A stretch of DNA of 64,000 nucleotides from Dehalococcoidia bacterium (GCA_965197415.1 OZ240207.1:2790491-2854490), one strand, 5' to 3'; numbered from the stretch's first letter, positions 30,666 to 43,431 are shown. Notes: generated from the letters alone by a model not told the origin. Program-made: numbers and translations.

Positions 30666-31481
30666 TTGAGCACAACCACCGATGCAATCAAACTCCGCCT
30701 CAGGGGAATACGTCATTCGTTCTTGACGGACGGTGCCCCCACGCCCGTTCTGGACGGAATCGACCTCCACGTCTCGGAAGGCGAACTTGTCAGCGTCATC
30801 GGGCCCTCTGGGTGCGGCAAAAGCACCCTGCTTAACGTCATCACCGGACTTCAGGATCCGGATGCCGGCGCCATATTCGTAGACGGGGTTCCTACGGACC
30901 GCCGACTGGGTATAGCCGGGTACATGCACCAGGAAGATCTCCTCATGCCCTGGCGGACGGTCCTGGACAACACGATTCTCGGCCTGGAAGTGCAGGGGGT
31001 TCCCCGGAAGGAGGCCAGGACCCGGGCCCTGAGCCATTTCGACGCCTTCGGTCTTACCGGATATGAGAAGCAGTGGCCCCATGCCCTGTCCGGCGGGATG
31101 CGGCAAAGGGCCTCCCTTCTGAGGACCGTGCTAATGGACCGGGACATAATTCTGTTGGACGAACCCTTCGGAGCGCTGGACGCCCTCACCAGGTCCCAGA
31201 TGCAGCAATGGCTGATGGAGCTGTGGGACTCCCTAAACAAGACCATCCTGCTGGTGACCCACGACATAGAGGAAGCCCTGCTCCTCTCCGACCGCATATA
31301 CGTGCTTACCTCGCGGCCGGCACAGGTGAAGACCGTGGTTGACGTGGACCTGCCCAGGCCCCGTCAGTACGACATGATAACCGGCGAGCGGTTTATCGCC
31401 CTGAGGCAGAGGATCATCGCTGACCTTCACCAAGAGAACGAGGCAACGGCGCCGTCCACCGGAGATGCAGCATGGCGCTGA
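30666..31481 (+). CDS. ABC transporter ATP-binding protein (ThiZ-like, HMP/thiamine precursor uptake)
   Basis: GPSGCGKST, LSGGMRQR, LLDEPFGALD; under TPP riboswitch. Confidence 0.92.
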   Translation: MSTTTDAIKLRLRGIRHSFLTDGAPTPVLDGIDLHVSEGELVSVIGPSGCGKSTLLNVITGLQDPDAGAIFVDGVPTDRRLGIAGYMHQEDLLMPWRTVLDNTILGLEVQGVPRKEARTRALSHFDAFGLTGYEKQWPHALSGGMRQRASLLRTVLMDRDIILLDEPFGALDALTRSQMQQWLMELWDSLNKTILLVTHDIEEALLLSDRIYVLTSRPAQVKTVVDVDLPRPRQYDMITGERFIALRQRIIADLHQENEATAPSTGDAAWR

Positions 31482-32305
31482 CAGACGACAGTATGCCCTC
31501 CGTCGGCGACCGCCGGGAGGCTGCCAGTCGCAGGAAACCTGCGGTCAGCCCGGACCTCATCAGATGGGCGGCGGCGGCTCTGGTCATTGGGGCTGTATTG
31601 GGCGCGTGGGAGGCGGCGATTTCGTTGAGGGACATCCCCGGATGGAAGGCCCCGGCCCCGTCTGGGATCGGGCAGGAGCTGTGGGAGAGCCGAGGACTTC
31701 TGGCTGGCCACACATGGATAACCTTCAAGGAGGTGCTGGCGGGCTTTGGAATCGCTTTCGGCGCCGGGGTGTTCACCGCGTCACTGATATCCTGGTCCAA
31801 GACCCTCCGGCTAGTCCTGTATCCTCCAGTGGTCGCGTCGGCCACCATCCCGTGGATAGTCGTGGCTCCGCTGCTCCTTATCTGGGTGGGCTATGGGATG
31901 CAACACAAAGTAATCGTGGTGGCCCTCATCTCCTTCTTCCCCATAGTGGTGAACACGGTTGACGGGCTGGGATCGGCCAACCCTGGGATGGTGTACTTGC
32001 TGCGGTCCATGGGCGCCAGCCGCTGGCAGATATTCAGGAAAGTGCAGGCGCCGGGCAGCATGCCCTCGGTCTTCACCGGCGTCCGCATAGGAGTGACGGT
32101 GGCGGTTATCGGGGCTGTTGTGGGCGAGTGGGTAGGCTCCAGCGAGGGTCTGGGCTACCTGGCCCTACGGTCCAAGTCCCAGTTCCTCAGCGACAGGGTC
32201 TACGCATCCATTTTCCTGCTGAGCGCCATGGGAATAGGGCTTTTCCTGCTGGCCAGGGTCGTAGAACGGCTGGCGCTGCCGTGGCGTTATGACAGAAACA
32301 GGTGA
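31472..32305 (+). CDS. ABC transporter permease (ThiX-like)
   Basis: FFPIVVN, MGASRWQIF, GAVVGEW..S.EGLG. Confidence 0.9.
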   Translation: MALTDDSMPSVGDRREAASRRKPAVSPDLIRWAAAALVIGAVLGAWEAAISLRDIPGWKAPAPSGIGQELWESRGLLAGHTWITFKEVLAGFGIAFGAGVFTASLISWSKTLRLVLYPPVVASATIPWIVVAPLLLIWVGYGMQHKVIVVALISFFPIVVNTVDGLGSANPGMVYLLRSMGASRWQIFRKVQAPGSMPSVFTGVRIGVTVAVIGAVVGEWVGSSEGLGYLALRSKSQFLSDRVYASIFLLSAMGIGLFLLARVVERLALPWRYDRNR

Positions 32306-33345
32306 GACTCCGCCGGATCCACAATGAAGACATAAGGAGACGAACAGTGCGCTTGATGAGATTCCGAACCATTTTTTCGTTGCTTGCGGCTCTTTCTATA
32401 CTCACGGTCCTGATTGCAGCCTGTGGAGAAGATGAACCGGACAAGGTACGGCTAGCTTTGGACTGGTACCCCAATGCCAATCACGCCGGGTTGTACATCG
32501 CCCAGGAAAAGGGTTACTTCGCCGACGAGGGCCTTGAGGTGGACATGTACACCCCCTCAGACCCCTCTACCGTCAACCAAACGGTTGCCGCCGGCGCCGA
32601 CGACTTCGGGATCAACTACCAGCCCGACGTGTTGTTGGCCCGCGCCCAGGGTGTTCCCGTGGTTTCGGTAATTGGGCTAGTGCAGCATCCCTTGAACTCT
32701 GTGCAGGTCCTCACAGCTTCAGGAATCACCCGTCCCCGGGACTTGAAGGGCAGGAAGATCGGGTATCCCGGCATCCCCACCAACGAGCCCCTGCTGGACA
32801 CCATGCTCAAACATGACGGAGTGGAAGGCGGACTCGATGAGGTGGAGTTGGTCAACGTGGGCTTCAACCTGGCAGAGGCCCTTATCGCCGGAAACGTGGA
32901 CGCATGCGTAGGCTGCTACTTCAGCCACGAGTCCATCCTCATGGAGAACCAAGGCTTCCCCGTCACGGTGCTCAAGATGAACGAGTGGGGAGTTCCCGAC
33001 TACTACGAACTCGTTGTGGTAGTCAGCGAAGAGACGCTAGCTGACAAGTCCGACTTAGTGCAAAGGTTCGTTCGGGCTATGGTCAAGGGCTACGACGAGG
33101 CTGCCACCGATCCTGAAGCAGCGGTGAACTTGCTTCTGGAATCCACGGGCGACGAGGTGGACGAGGCCATCGAGCGGCCCGGCATAAAGGTGATAGCCCC
33201 CCTTTGGAAGGGCGCTGATCCCGTGGGCTGGCAGACCCAGGAGAAATGGCAGGACTTCGCGACGTGGATGCTGGAGAACGGCCTGCTCGAACAACCCCTC
33301 GATGCCGGAAAGGCCCACACCAACGAGTTCGTCGAGAACCGGTAA
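32302..33345 (+). CDS. ABC substrate-binding lipoprotein, NMT1/THI5 family (ThiY-like)
   Basis: LIAAC lipobox; LDWYPNANHAGLY, GVPDYYEL; true start may be downstream. Confidence 0.92.
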   Translation: MRLRRIHNEDIRRRTVRLMRFRTIFSLLAALSILTVLIAACGEDEPDKVRLALDWYPNANHAGLYIAQEKGYFADEGLEVDMYTPSDPSTVNQTVAAGADDFGINYQPDVLLARAQGVPVVSVIGLVQHPLNSVQVLTASGITRPRDLKGRKIGYPGIPTNEPLLDTMLKHDGVEGGLDEVELVNVGFNLAEALIAGNVDACVGCYFSHESILMENQGFPVTVLKMNEWGVPDYYELVVVVSEETLADKSDLVQRFVRAMVKGYDEAATDPEAAVNLLLESTGDEVDEAIERPGIKVIAPLWKGADPVGWQTQEKWQDFATWMLENGLLEQPLDAGKAHTNEFVENR

Positions 33346-33360
33346 CGTCAGGGGGTTCAG

Positions 33361-34017
33361 ATGAGCCTTAGCAGTGAGCTAAAAGAGAGCGTCGGCGACC
33401 TTTGGGACAAAACGGTCAACCATCCCTTCGTCGATGAGTTGGGGGACGGCAGCCTGCCGGAAGAGGTCTTCGACGTCTACTTCAAGCAGGACCACATCTT
33501 TCTCAAGGACTGGGTCGCCCTAATGGCCGCCGGAGTCATGAAAGCCCCCGACTTTCCCCACTCCCGCCCATTGGCATCGTTTATCCACCTGGCACTTGGG
33601 GGTGAGGAGGGCCTGTTCCAAGACTACTTCAGGGAGCGCGGCCTCTCCGAGGAGCAGGTCAGGTATCTAAGGCCGTTGCCCACAACCATGGCCTACGGCG
33701 GCTTTCTGAGGCGAATAGCGTACGAAGGTTCCTTCCACGACATAGTTACCGTGCTCCTGGGCATCGAATGGCCATACCTGGAGTGGGGCAAGCGTCTGGA
33801 ATCCCAGGGAGCAAAGCCGGGCAACAATTACTACCAGACGTGGATTGACCTCCACGCCGCGAAGGAGCTGGACGATTTCGTGTCCTGGATGCGCGAAGTG
33901 TTGGATGGCTCCACAGTGGGACATCCAGCCAGGCTCAAGTCTTTGTTCCTCAGCGCCATGCGTTACGAGTACATGTTCTGGGAGATGGCGTATAGGGGCG
34001 AGACGTGGCCGGCGTAG
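33361..34017 (+). CDS. tenA: TenA family protein (thiaminase II-like)
   Basis: [28 protein letters not shown]. Confidence 0.88.
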   Translation: MSLSSELKESVGDLWDKTVNHPFVDELGDGSLPEEVFDVYFKQDHIFLKDWVALMAAGVMKAPDFPHSRPLASFIHLALGGEEGLFQDYFRERGLSEEQVRYLRPLPTTMAYGGFLRRIAYEGSFHDIVTVLLGIEWPYLEWGKRLESQGAKPGNNYYQTWIDLHAAKELDDFVSWMREVLDGSTVGHPARLKSLFLSAMRYEYMFWEMAYRGETWPA

Positions 34018-34820
34018 GCTCTTCGTCCATACCCAAGGCCATGACCATCGCCGGGTCCGATTCGGGGGGCGGAGCAGGCATCCAAGCCGACCTCAAGACC
34101 TTCGCCGCTTTCGGTGTATACGGCACATCGGTAGTCTCCGCCATCACAGCTCAGAACACCGTAGGAGTCACGGGAGTACACGAGATTCCCGTTGACCTGA
34201 TCGTGGCGCAGATTCACTCAGTCCTGGACGACATTGGCGCCGACGCGGTGAAGACAGGGATGCTCTCATCGACTCAAGCTATTGAGGTCGTCTCTGAAGA
34301 GATGGCGCGACGAAAGGTCGAACGCCTCGTCGTGGACCCGGTCATGGTCGCCAAAAGCGGCGACCGCCTGCTTCGGCAGGACGCGGTAAGCGCCTTACGG
34401 ACTAAACTCATCCCATTGGCTGCTGTGGTCACCCCCAACATACCAGAGGCTGAGACTGTCGCAGGCATGGAAATCAACACCGAGGAGGATGCCCGTGAAG
34501 CGGCACGGAAGGTTGTCGGCATGGGTGCCATGTCGGTCGTGGTCAAGGGCGGGCATCTGGCTGGCCCGCCGGTTGACCTGCTCTACGACGGGCGCGACTT
34601 CACGGAGTTTTCAGGAGAGCGCATCGAAACACGTAACACCCATGGCACGGGTTGCACCTTTGCCTCGGCCATAGCGGCCGGGCTGGCCAAGGAAAAGTCC
34701 CTTACGGAGGCCATAGCCGACGCCAAGGAGTACGTGACGGAGGCCATCCGCCACGCCGACTTAATGGGGCAGGTGGGGCAGGGGCACGGCCCCCTGAGCC
34801 ATTTCTGGCGTTGGGGATGA
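34005..34820 (+). CDS. thiD: Hydroxymethylpyrimidine/phosphomethylpyrimidine kinase
   Basis: [39 protein letters not shown]. Confidence 0.97.
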   Translation: MAGVGSSSIPKAMTIAGSDSGGGAGIQADLKTFAAFGVYGTSVVSAITAQNTVGVTGVHEIPVDLIVAQIHSVLDDIGADAVKTGMLSSTQAIEVVSEEMARRKVERLVVDPVMVAKSGDRLLRQDAVSALRTKLIPLAAVVTPNIPEAETVAGMEINTEEDAREAARKVVGMGAMSVVVKGGHLAGPPVDLLYDGRDFTEFSGERIETRNTHGTGCTFASAIAAGLAKEKSLTEAIADAKEYVTEAIRHADLMGQVGQGHGPLSHFWRWG

Positions 34821-34843
34821 TAGAATGGGGTCGAAGGCATAAC

Positions 34844-35200
34844 ATGGGGACTTTCCACCACGTAATTTCCGTCGGCCCTAAAGACGGTTCACAACGTCTC
34901 GATTTGGATGCGCTTGTGGACACGGGCAGCACGTATACGATGATTCCAGCGCTGACGCTCGAAGCCTTGGGCGTCACTCCGGAGTGGACCAGCGTTTTCG
35001 AGTTGGCTGACGGCAGCCGATCCGAGTATCGACTGGCAGAATTGCAGGTCAGCATCAATGGAGAGTCTCGGACCACAATATGCATCTTCGGAGAGCAGGG
35101 TTCCACACCTCTTTTGGGTGCATACACGTTGGAGGGCTTCGGGCTGGCCGCCGATCCGGTCAACGGAAAGCTTACACCAGCCAGGTTGTATCTAGTCTAG
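34844..35200 (+). CDS. Clan AA (retropepsin-like) aspartic protease
   Basis: ALVDTGS, LADGS, LLGAYTLEGFGL..DP. Confidence 0.88.
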   Translation: MGTFHHVISVGPKDGSQRLDLDALVDTGSTYTMIPALTLEALGVTPEWTSVFELADGSRSEYRLAELQVSINGESRTTICIFGEQGSTPLLGAYTLEGFGLAADPVNGKLTPARLYLV

Positions 35201-35265
35201 GCGCCGCCCGATGAACGTTGGCGGCCTCAGTTCATACCGCCTCTAACGACCTCCTGGTGCTACGG

Positions 35266-36252
35266 TCATTTCCCCTCGTAGGCCTCGGGGTTGAAACAGT
35301 GGACCAGGGGACGGTCGTTCAGCCCGGCCAGCAGGTTGCGGGCGGCCAGCATTCCCATAGCCTGTCTGGCGCCGGTTGAAGAACTGCCTATGTGGGGAGT
35401 GATGACTACGTTGTCCAGGCTCAGCAGCAGGTCGTCGGACGGAATGGGCTCCGGGTCGGTGACATCCAAGCCAGCGCCCGCAATTTGGCCCTGCATCAGC
35501 GCTTCATACAACGCTTTGGAGTCAACCACAGGGCCACGGGCCGTGTTGACCAGGATCGCGGTGGACTTCATGACCGCAAGTTCTTTCTCTCCAATCAGCC
35601 CACGAGTCTCAGGGGTCAGAGGCACATGCAACGAGATGAAGTCCGACTCCCGTAGCAGTGTTGACATGTCGACATGCTCCAGCCCGTGTTCACGTTCCAG
35701 GTCCGGTTTCCGGGAACGAGCGGTGTACAACACTCTCATGTCAAATCCTCTAGCCCTTTTAGCCATCTCAAGACCAATCTGGCCTAGCCCGACGATTCCC
35801 ATCGTCGCCCCGCCTACGTCAGCGCCAAGCCACCACATGGGGTGGAAAGCCAGCTTCCAATTGCCCTGCCTGACCCACCGGTCCGTCTCCGCGACCCGCC
35901 TGGCCGCAGCCAGCAAAAGGGCGAACGCGAGATCCGCAGTCGCTCTCGCCAATACTCCCGGCGTGTAGCCCAGGGGTATTCCCCGCGCTGTCAGAGCGGC
36001 CACGTCAATGTTGTCCACGCCGACGGCCATCTGACTGACGATCTTGAGCTGGCGACACTCGTCCAACAAGTCCCGGTCGACCCGGTCCATGATTGTGGTG
36101 ACCAGCCCTTGGACGCCGGCCGCCCGCTGCTTGAGTTCATCGGGCGGAGGCGGGTTCTCCAGGGGCCAAACCTCCATGTCCGTCTCCGCTGAGATGGCGT
36201 CGAGGGCCTTCTGTCCTATGTGCCTGGTGACGAATACCTTGGGGCGTGTCAT
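35266..36252 (-). CDS. D-isomer-specific 2-hydroxyacid dehydrogenase (glyoxylate reductase / D-glycerate dehydrogenase)
   Basis: VGVDNID, GLGQIG, VNTARG, GLDVTDPEP, TPHIGS. Confidence 0.93.
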   Translation of the reverse strand: MTRPKVFVTRHIGQKALDAISAETDMEVWPLENPPPPDELKQRAAGVQGLVTTIMDRVDRDLLDECRQLKIVSQMAVGVDNIDVAALTARGIPLGYTPGVLARATADLAFALLLAAARRVAETDRWVRQGNWKLAFHPMWWLGADVGGATMGIVGLGQIGLEMAKRARGFDMRVLYTARSRKPDLEREHGLEHVDMSTLLRESDFISLHVPLTPETRGLIGEKELAVMKSTAILVNTARGPVVDSKALYEALMQGQIAGAGLDVTDPEPIPSDDLLLSLDNVVITPHIGSSSTGARQAMGMLAARNLLAGLNDRPLVHCFNPEAYEGK

Positions 36253-36344
36253 GTCTCCGCCTCCTTAGGAAGCCCGTTGAACTTCCTGCATGTTGGGGCT
36301 TGTCCTGATAGAGCCTATTTTACAGCAGCGGCTTCCCATGTTTC

Positions 36345-36545
36345 AGAGTCCCGGCGCATCCTTGAACCAAGTGGCAACCTGTGCGGGACGCTCCTAACGA
36401 GAACACCCTCCCGACATCTTGCGCCCATTGGTTTAGACACGAGTGCGACACCAACGAACACCACGCGGGTCACGCTCACTAGCCCACATCCGAACCCGAA
36501 TTAAGAATCCCCCGGACCTTCAAGGATCGCGGGGGGCTTTCTGTT
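36345..36545. ncRNA. Candidate structured non-coding RNA (unassigned)
   Basis: Ends of the intergenic region are complementary (atccttgaa/ttcaaggat plus flanks); terminator-like hairpin at 36508-36545. Confidence 0.35.
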
Positions 36546-36594
36546 TGCGGGAAGACGCAACCGGGCCGGCCCGGCCCGGCCCTTTTCAGTGCAT

Positions 36595-37617
36595 CTAACG
36601 GGCTTTGGCGAGTTGGTGGCCGACGTGGTGGTTCTCGGTGCAGCCCTCCGCCGTCCGCTCCAATTGTACGGTGACGTGGTTGATGCCATAGTTTTCATAC
36701 ACCAAGTCCTGAATCCTGGCAGTCAACCGGCCCAAGTCTCCATCGTAAGCGGGGTCCAACAGGACGTGAGCTGTGAAGGCCTCATTCCCCGAGGTTATGG
36801 TCCAGACGTGCATGTCGTGGATGACGGTCACGCCTTCCATTTCCTCGATGTCGCTGCAAAGCTTGTACACGTCAATATGCTCAGGGGTCCCTTCCAGCAG
36901 CACGTTCAAGATTCTGACTGTCAACTTACGGGTGTTGTACACGATAAGCAACGCGATGACGACGCTGAGAATCGGGTCGGCGATGTGCCACCCGAAGCCC
37001 ATAATCAGCGCCGCGGAAATGATGACGCCGACGGACCCCAGCAGGTCGGCCAGGACGTGCTGGAAGGCGCCTTCCACATTCAGGCTTTTCCCCGAAGACC
37101 GGTGCAGTATCCATGCGGCGGCCAGGTTAATGAGGAACCCGCCGATGCCCACCAGCAGGACCGGCAATCCAACAACTTCAACATCTTCCTTGAAAGCTCG
37201 GTGGTAGGCTTCAAAGCCAATCCAGCCGGCGATGAGCCATAGGACCGAGGTGTTGGCCAGCGCCGCCAGCACCTCGGTGCGGTGATACCCGAAAGTGCGC
37301 TCGACCGAGGCCTCTTTCTGGGCAATCCACATGGCTACCAGCGCCATGCCTATCGCCGCGGCGTCGGTGAGCATATGCCCGGCGTCGGCCAATAGGGCCA
37401 GGCTGCCCGACAAGACGCCGCCCACCACTTCGGCCACTATATAGGCGGAAATAAGCGCCAGGGCAAGAATCAGGCCGCGTCGACTGGCGCCCCGTAAGTT
37501 GTGGGCATGGTCACGGTGGCCGTGACCGGAGTGGTCATCATGCCCGGCGGGGGCCTCGTGGTCATGCCCAGCGGGGGCCTCGTGATCGTGGTCCGAATGT
37601 GGGTCGCGTGTGGTCAA
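36595..37617 (-). CDS. Cation diffusion facilitator (CzcD/ZitB-like) transporter
   Basis: SLALLADAGHMLTD, TFGYHRTE, HVLADLLGS, HDMHVW; His-rich N-terminus. Confidence 0.95.
   Translation of the reverse strand: MTTRDPHSDHDHEAPAGHDHEAPAGHDDHSGHGHRDHAHNLRGASRRGLILALALISAYIVAEVVGGVLSGSLALLADAGHMLTDAAAIGMALVAMWIAQKEASVERTFGYHRTEVLAALANTSVLWLIAGWIGFEAYHRAFKEDVEVVGLPVLLVGIGGFLINLAAAWILHRSSGKSLNVEGAFQHVLADLLGSVGVIISAALIMGFGWHIADPILSVVIALLIVYNTRKLTVRILNVLLEGTPEHIDVYKLCSDIEEMEGVTVIHDMHVWTITSGNEAFTAHVLLDPAYDGDLGRLTARIQDLVYENYGINHVTVQLERTAEGCTENHHVGHQLAKAR
37538..37585. repeat. 24-bp tandem duplication encoding HDHEAPAG x2 in the CDF His-rich tail
   Basis: tcatgcccggcgggggcctcgtg / tcatgcccagcgggggcctcgtg. 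Confidence 0.8.
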
Positions 37618-37801
37618 TTCAACTCAACTATCTTGCACCGAATCGAAAATAGCCCAAGACAGGAAAGGTAGTCAAGTAAATCCGAGTCGAACTGATGCAC
37701 TGCCTGGAGAACCCCTACGTTGACGGGTAGCATGATTCTAGTGATACAATGTAGACTCGATAATCAGACTTCACCCGCCTAGGTCAGGATGTTAAGGCTG
37801 T

Positions 37802-39262
<1,461 letters not shown>

Positions 39263-39326
39263 CCGACCATAACCCTCACCCGTCCAGTCAAATGACGGAC
39301 GGTGAGAGCGACGGAACAAAGAGGCA

Positions 39327-40103
39327 ATGAGCAAAAATCCCGTCCCTGTCCTTGAAATCAAAGACCTGCACGTGTCCGTCAACGGCGCCGAGATCCTAAA
39401 GGGCTTGGACCTGAGCATCAATGAAGGCGAGGTCCATGCCATAATGGGACCCAACGGCTCAGGGAAAAGCACCCTTGCCAACACCTTGGCCGGCCGACCA
39501 GGATTCAAAGTGACTCAAGGGGAAGTACGTTTCCAGTCCGCCAACTTGCTCTCTATGGAGCCCGAATTGCGGGCCCGGGAGGGAGTTTTCCTGGCCTTCC
39601 AGTACCCGGTCGAGCTCCCCGGAGTGCGGTCCTGGCAGTTCCTTAAGTCTGCTGTGGACGCGGTCAGAGAACATCGTGGAGAACCCCAACTCTCCATCCG
39701 AGAATTCGACAGAATGCTCAAGGACAAGATGGACCTTGTGGAAATCGATCCTGAGTTGACACGGCGCTCGGTCAACGAGGGCTTCTCCGGCGGAGAGAAG
39801 AAGCGAAACGAGATACTGCAAATGGCTCTGTTGGAGCCGAAGCTGGCCGTGCTGGACGAGACCGACTCGGGCCTGGACATCGACGCCCTCAGGATAGTAG
39901 CGTCCGGCGTCAACCAGCTGCACTCTCCGGACAAGGCGACGCTTCTGGTCACCCACTACCAACGTCTGCTCAACTACATCACCCCGGACAGGGTACACGT
40001 TCTGATGGACGGCCGCATCGCCCGCTCCGGCGGCAAGGAGCTAGCGCTGGAGTTGGAGGACAAGGGCTACGACTGGATTACGGAAGAGGCGGTTAGCGGC
40101 TAG
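39327..40103 (+). CDS. sufC: Fe-S cluster assembly ATPase SufC
   Basis: GPNGSGKST, FQYPVE, GFSGGEKKRNE, DETDSGLDID. Confidence 0.98.
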   Translation: MSKNPVPVLEIKDLHVSVNGAEILKGLDLSINEGEVHAIMGPNGSGKSTLANTLAGRPGFKVTQGEVRFQSANLLSMEPELRAREGVFLAFQYPVELPGVRSWQFLKSAVDAVREHRGEPQLSIREFDRMLKDKMDLVEIDPELTRRSVNEGFSGGEKKRNEILQMALLEPKLAVLDETDSGLDIDALRIVASGVNQLHSPDKATLLVTHYQRLLNYITPDRVHVLMDGRIARSGGKELALELEDKGYDWITEEAVSG

Positions 40104-40180
40104 TGGCCAGTCCTAGTCGTCGGCGTATCCCGGTATTGCATTGACTGCAACAATTACTGTCCGTACCATGAGGTTGCAAC

Positions 40181-40351
40181 TTGGGTTACTGGCGAAACTT
40201 TGACAACACCAGGGTCACGCTTCATACCGTAGATTGTAGTTTCGCCAAATACTGGGCGCAGGAACCTAAGTGGAAAAAGTTCGAATCTAAAGAGGACGCT
40301 CACAGGGCAACGTCCCGTGACGTTCACGAGTGCGCCCACTGTATAGGATAA
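40181..40351 (+). CDS. Unannotated 56-aa putative Zn-binding microprotein (HxxxC...CxxC)
   Basis: GAGG then TTG start; MGYWRNFDNTRVTLHTVDCSFAKYWAQEPKWKKFESKEDAHRATSRDVHECAHCIG; below the ORF-track length cut-off. Confidence 0.55.
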   Translation: MGYWRNFDNTRVTLHTVDCSFAKYWAQEPKWKKFESKEDAHRATSRDVHECAHCIG

Positions 40352-40391
40352 ACCTAAGATTTCAGCCGATGGCTGCCAGACTGGCCGATCG

Positions 40392-41732
40392 ATGACTCAG
40401 ACGCTGACAACATACGACCAATACGAAGCGGACTTCCAGGCCCTTGGGCAAGCTGCCGAACCACAATGGCTGCGGGACCTGCGCAACGCCGCATGGGAGC
40501 GGTTTCGTGACGTCGGCTTTCCCACGGCTCGTAGGGGCAACGAGAAGTGGAAGTACACCAACGTGGCCTCCATCGCCAACGGAACATTCAGCTATTCCGC
40601 TGACCAGGTCCCGCCAGCCATCAGCCCGGAACAGGTAAGAGCATCGGTTCCCTGGAGAGACGAGTGGACCAACTTGGTGTTCGTCAACGGTCGCTTCGCT
40701 CCGTCCCTGTCCAGCCCAATGTCCGACGACGGGTTGACGGCCATGAACCTGGCGGACGCCGTTCGAGGGGCCGGAAAAGAAGTCGCTTTGGCCAGAGAGC
40801 ATCTGGCGAGGTATGCGTCGCCTGGTGACGACGCCTTCACAGCCCTGAACACAGCTTTCGTCCAGGACGGAGCCTTCATATACACGGTGCCCAACGCCCG
40901 CCCGGAAAATCCTGTGCACGTCGTCCACATCACGGATGCCGGGCAGCCCATAGTCTCCTACCCTAGGACTCTGGCGGTCGCCGGAAGGAACAGCTCCCTG
41001 AGCCTTCTGGAGAGCTACGTGAGCCGCAGCGCCGGAAAACATTTCACCAACTCCGTCACGGAGGTCGTCCTACAGGACGGCGCCCGCATAGCGCACTCCC
41101 GAATGGTGACGGAGGGAACGGACCCGTTTCACGTGGGCTCGACCCACGTGGACATGGCCAGGGACAGCAACTTCGAGTCCAGATCTTTCTCCAGGGGTTC
41201 CGCCCTGAACAGGCAGAACCTGACGGTCCTGCTGGACGGGCCCGGAACCTATTGCGACCTGAAGGGGTTATACTTGACCAACGACGGGGAGCATGTGGAC
41301 CACTACGTTAACATAGACCACGCCAAGCCCCACACCACCAGCCGCCTCTACTACAAGGGCATCCTGGACGGTCGTTCCAGGGCGGTGTTCGGAGGCACGG
41401 TCCTAGTGCGTGAGGACGCCCAGAAGTCCGACGCCCAGCAGTCCGATAAGAACCTGTTGCTCTCCCCGGAGGCGGAAGTGGACTCCAAACCCGCTCTGCT
41501 GATATACGCCGACGATGTGTCGTGCGCCCACGGGGCCACAGCCGGGAACATAGACAAGGACACCGTCCATTACATGCGCAGCCGAGGACTGGACCTGGAC
41601 GAGGCCAGCCGGCTGCTCATACACGGCTTTGCCAGGGAAATCATCGACACGGCGACCGTCGAACCGGTCAGGGAGTTCCTGGACTTCACCTTTATGCGGG
41701 CCCTGGCAAACTCACGTCTGGAGGCAGTGTGA
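40392..41732 (+). CDS. sufD: Fe-S cluster assembly protein SufD
   Basis: [41 protein letters not shown]. Confidence 0.96.
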   Translation: MTQTLTTYDQYEADFQALGQAAEPQWLRDLRNAAWERFRDVGFPTARRGNEKWKYTNVASIANGTFSYSADQVPPAISPEQVRASVPWRDEWTNLVFVNGRFAPSLSSPMSDDGLTAMNLADAVRGAGKEVALAREHLARYASPGDDAFTALNTAFVQDGAFIYTVPNARPENPVHVVHITDAGQPIVSYPRTLAVAGRNSSLSLLESYVSRSAGKHFTNSVTEVVLQDGARIAHSRMVTEGTDPFHVGSTHVDMARDSNFESRSFSRGSALNRQNLTVLLDGPGTYCDLKGLYLTNDGEHVDHYVNIDHAKPHTTSRLYYKGILDGRSRAVFGGTVLVREDAQKSDAQQSDKNLLLSPEAEVDSKPALLIYADDVSCAHGATAGNIDKDTVHYMRSRGLDLDEASRLLIHGFAREIIDTATVEPVREFLDFTFMRALANSRLEAV

Positions 41733-42970
41733 TGACACAGCAAGGGACCGCCAAACTGGACGTGGCGCGTATCCGGGAGGACTTCCCCATCCTCAAGACT
41801 ATGGTCAACGGAAAACCGCTGGTGTACCTGGACAACGCTGCGACATCCCAAAAGCCCCAGGCTGTCCTAGACACCCTGAACCGCTACTACACCGAGGAGA
41901 ACTCCAACATACACCGGGGAGTCCATTACCTGAGCCAGGTAGCGACCAAAGACTACGAAGATGCCCGTGCCAAGGTGCGCAGCTTCCTGAACGCGCCCGA
42001 CGACAAGCAGATAATTTTCGTCCGGGGCGCCACCGAAGGAATCAACCTGGTGGCCGGCTCCTACGGACGGCAGAACGTTGGCGCCGGGGACGAAGTGATA
42101 GTCACCGCTATGGAGCACCACTCCAACATCGTTCCGTGGCAGATTCTATGCCAGGAGAAGGGCGCCTCGCTGAAGGTCATACCAATCAACGACGACGGAG
42201 AACTGCTTCTGGACGAGTACGAGAAGCTGCTCAGCCCCCGGACCAAGCTGGTGTCGGTGGTCCACATATCCAACTCTCTGGGCACCATAAACCCGGTGGA
42301 GCAGATAATAGACATGGCCCACGCGCGGGGCGTGCCCGTGCTGGTGGACGGCGCACAATCGGCGCCCCACATGCCCATCGACGTGCAGAAGCTGGACTGC
42401 GACTTCTTCGTCTTCTCCGGCCACAAGGTCTACGGCCCCACCGGAATAGGAGCTTTGTACGGGAAGATGGACCTCCTGGAGTCGATGCCCCCCTACCAGG
42501 GCGGCGGAGACATGATAAAGTCGGTGAGCTTTGAGAAGACCTCCTATAACGACCTGCCCTACAAATTCGAGGCGGGCACCCCCAACATAGCTGGCGTAAT
42601 CGGTCTGGGCGCCGCCATTGACTATCTCACCGGCCTGGGCATGGACATCACCAGGGCCCATGAAGACAGCCTGCTGGAGTATGGCACGGAGCGGCTGTCC
42701 AACATCAGCCGGGTCAGGCTCATAGGGACCGCCGCCAACAAGGCGAGCATCCTCTCCTTCGTGATGGACGGGGTCCACCCCCACGACATCGGCACCATAC
42801 TGGACTCGGAGGGTATAGCCATCAGGGCGGGGCACCACTGCACCCAGCCGTTGATGGAGCGGTTCGGCATCCCCGCCACCGCACGGGCCTCGCTGGCTTT
42901 TTACAACACGGAAGAGGAGATAGATCTCCTGGTGCGGGGGATAGACAAAGTGATAGAGGTTTTCGGATAG
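41732..42970 (+). CDS. sufS: Cysteine desulfurase SufS
   Basis: [36 protein letters not shown]. Confidence 0.98.
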   Translation: MTQQGTAKLDVARIREDFPILKTMVNGKPLVYLDNAATSQKPQAVLDTLNRYYTEENSNIHRGVHYLSQVATKDYEDARAKVRSFLNAPDDKQIIFVRGATEGINLVAGSYGRQNVGAGDEVIVTAMEHHSNIVPWQILCQEKGASLKVIPINDDGELLLDEYEKLLSPRTKLVSVVHISNSLGTINPVEQIIDMAHARGVPVLVDGAQSAPHMPIDVQKLDCDFFVFSGHKVYGPTGIGALYGKMDLLESMPPYQGGGDMIKSVSFEKTSYNDLPYKFEAGTPNIAGVIGLGAAIDYLTGLGMDITRAHEDSLLEYGTERLSNISRVRLIGTAANKASILSFVMDGVHPHDIGTILDSEGIAIRAGHHCTQPLMERFGIPATARASLAFYNTEEEIDLLVRGIDKVIEVFG

Positions 42971-43431
42971 TGTCGGACCTTCAAGACCTCTACCAGGATA
43001 TGGTCATAGACCACAACAATCGTCCCCGCAACTACGGGGCGCTGGACGGGGCGGACCGCGTCGCCGACGGCTACAATCCCCTTTGCGGGGACCGGCTCAC
43101 CCTCTACCTGAAGATAGACGGCTCCACGGAGAAGAACATCGTCGACGTGGGGTTCGTGGGTTCCGGTTGCGCCATATCCCGGGCCTCCGCCTCCATGATG
43201 ACGGAGAGCGTCAAGGGCATGAGCGCCGATGAGGCCTCCCGGCTCTTCAACGCCTTTCGCAACATGGTGACCAGGGAACCCGGCGCCGACTTCGATCCCG
43301 ATGAAGTGGGCGACCTGGAGATGCTGGCTGGAGTGTCTGAGTACCCGGCCCGTGTGAAGTGCGCAACCTTGGCGTGGCACACTCTCAACAACGCCCTGAA
43401 TGGGTCAGGCGACACAGTCTCGACGGAATAA
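42970..43431 (+). CDS. sufU: SufU/NifU-family Fe-S assembly protein (copy 1)
   Basis: NPLCGD, GCAISRASAS, RVKCATL. Confidence 0.94.
   Translation: MSDLQDLYQDMVIDHNNRPRNYGALDGADRVADGYNPLCGDRLTLYLKIDGSTEKNIVDVGFVGSGCAISRASASMMTESVKGMSADEASRLFNAFRNMVTREPGADFDPDEVGDLEMLAGVSEYPARVKCATLAWHTLNNALNGSGDTVSTE

Noticed and set aside
36420-36504. Thr-rich leader peptide attenuator (DTSATPTNTTRVTLT) before a terminator
   Set aside because: No clear RBS or start codon, and no downstream gene on that strand to regulate.
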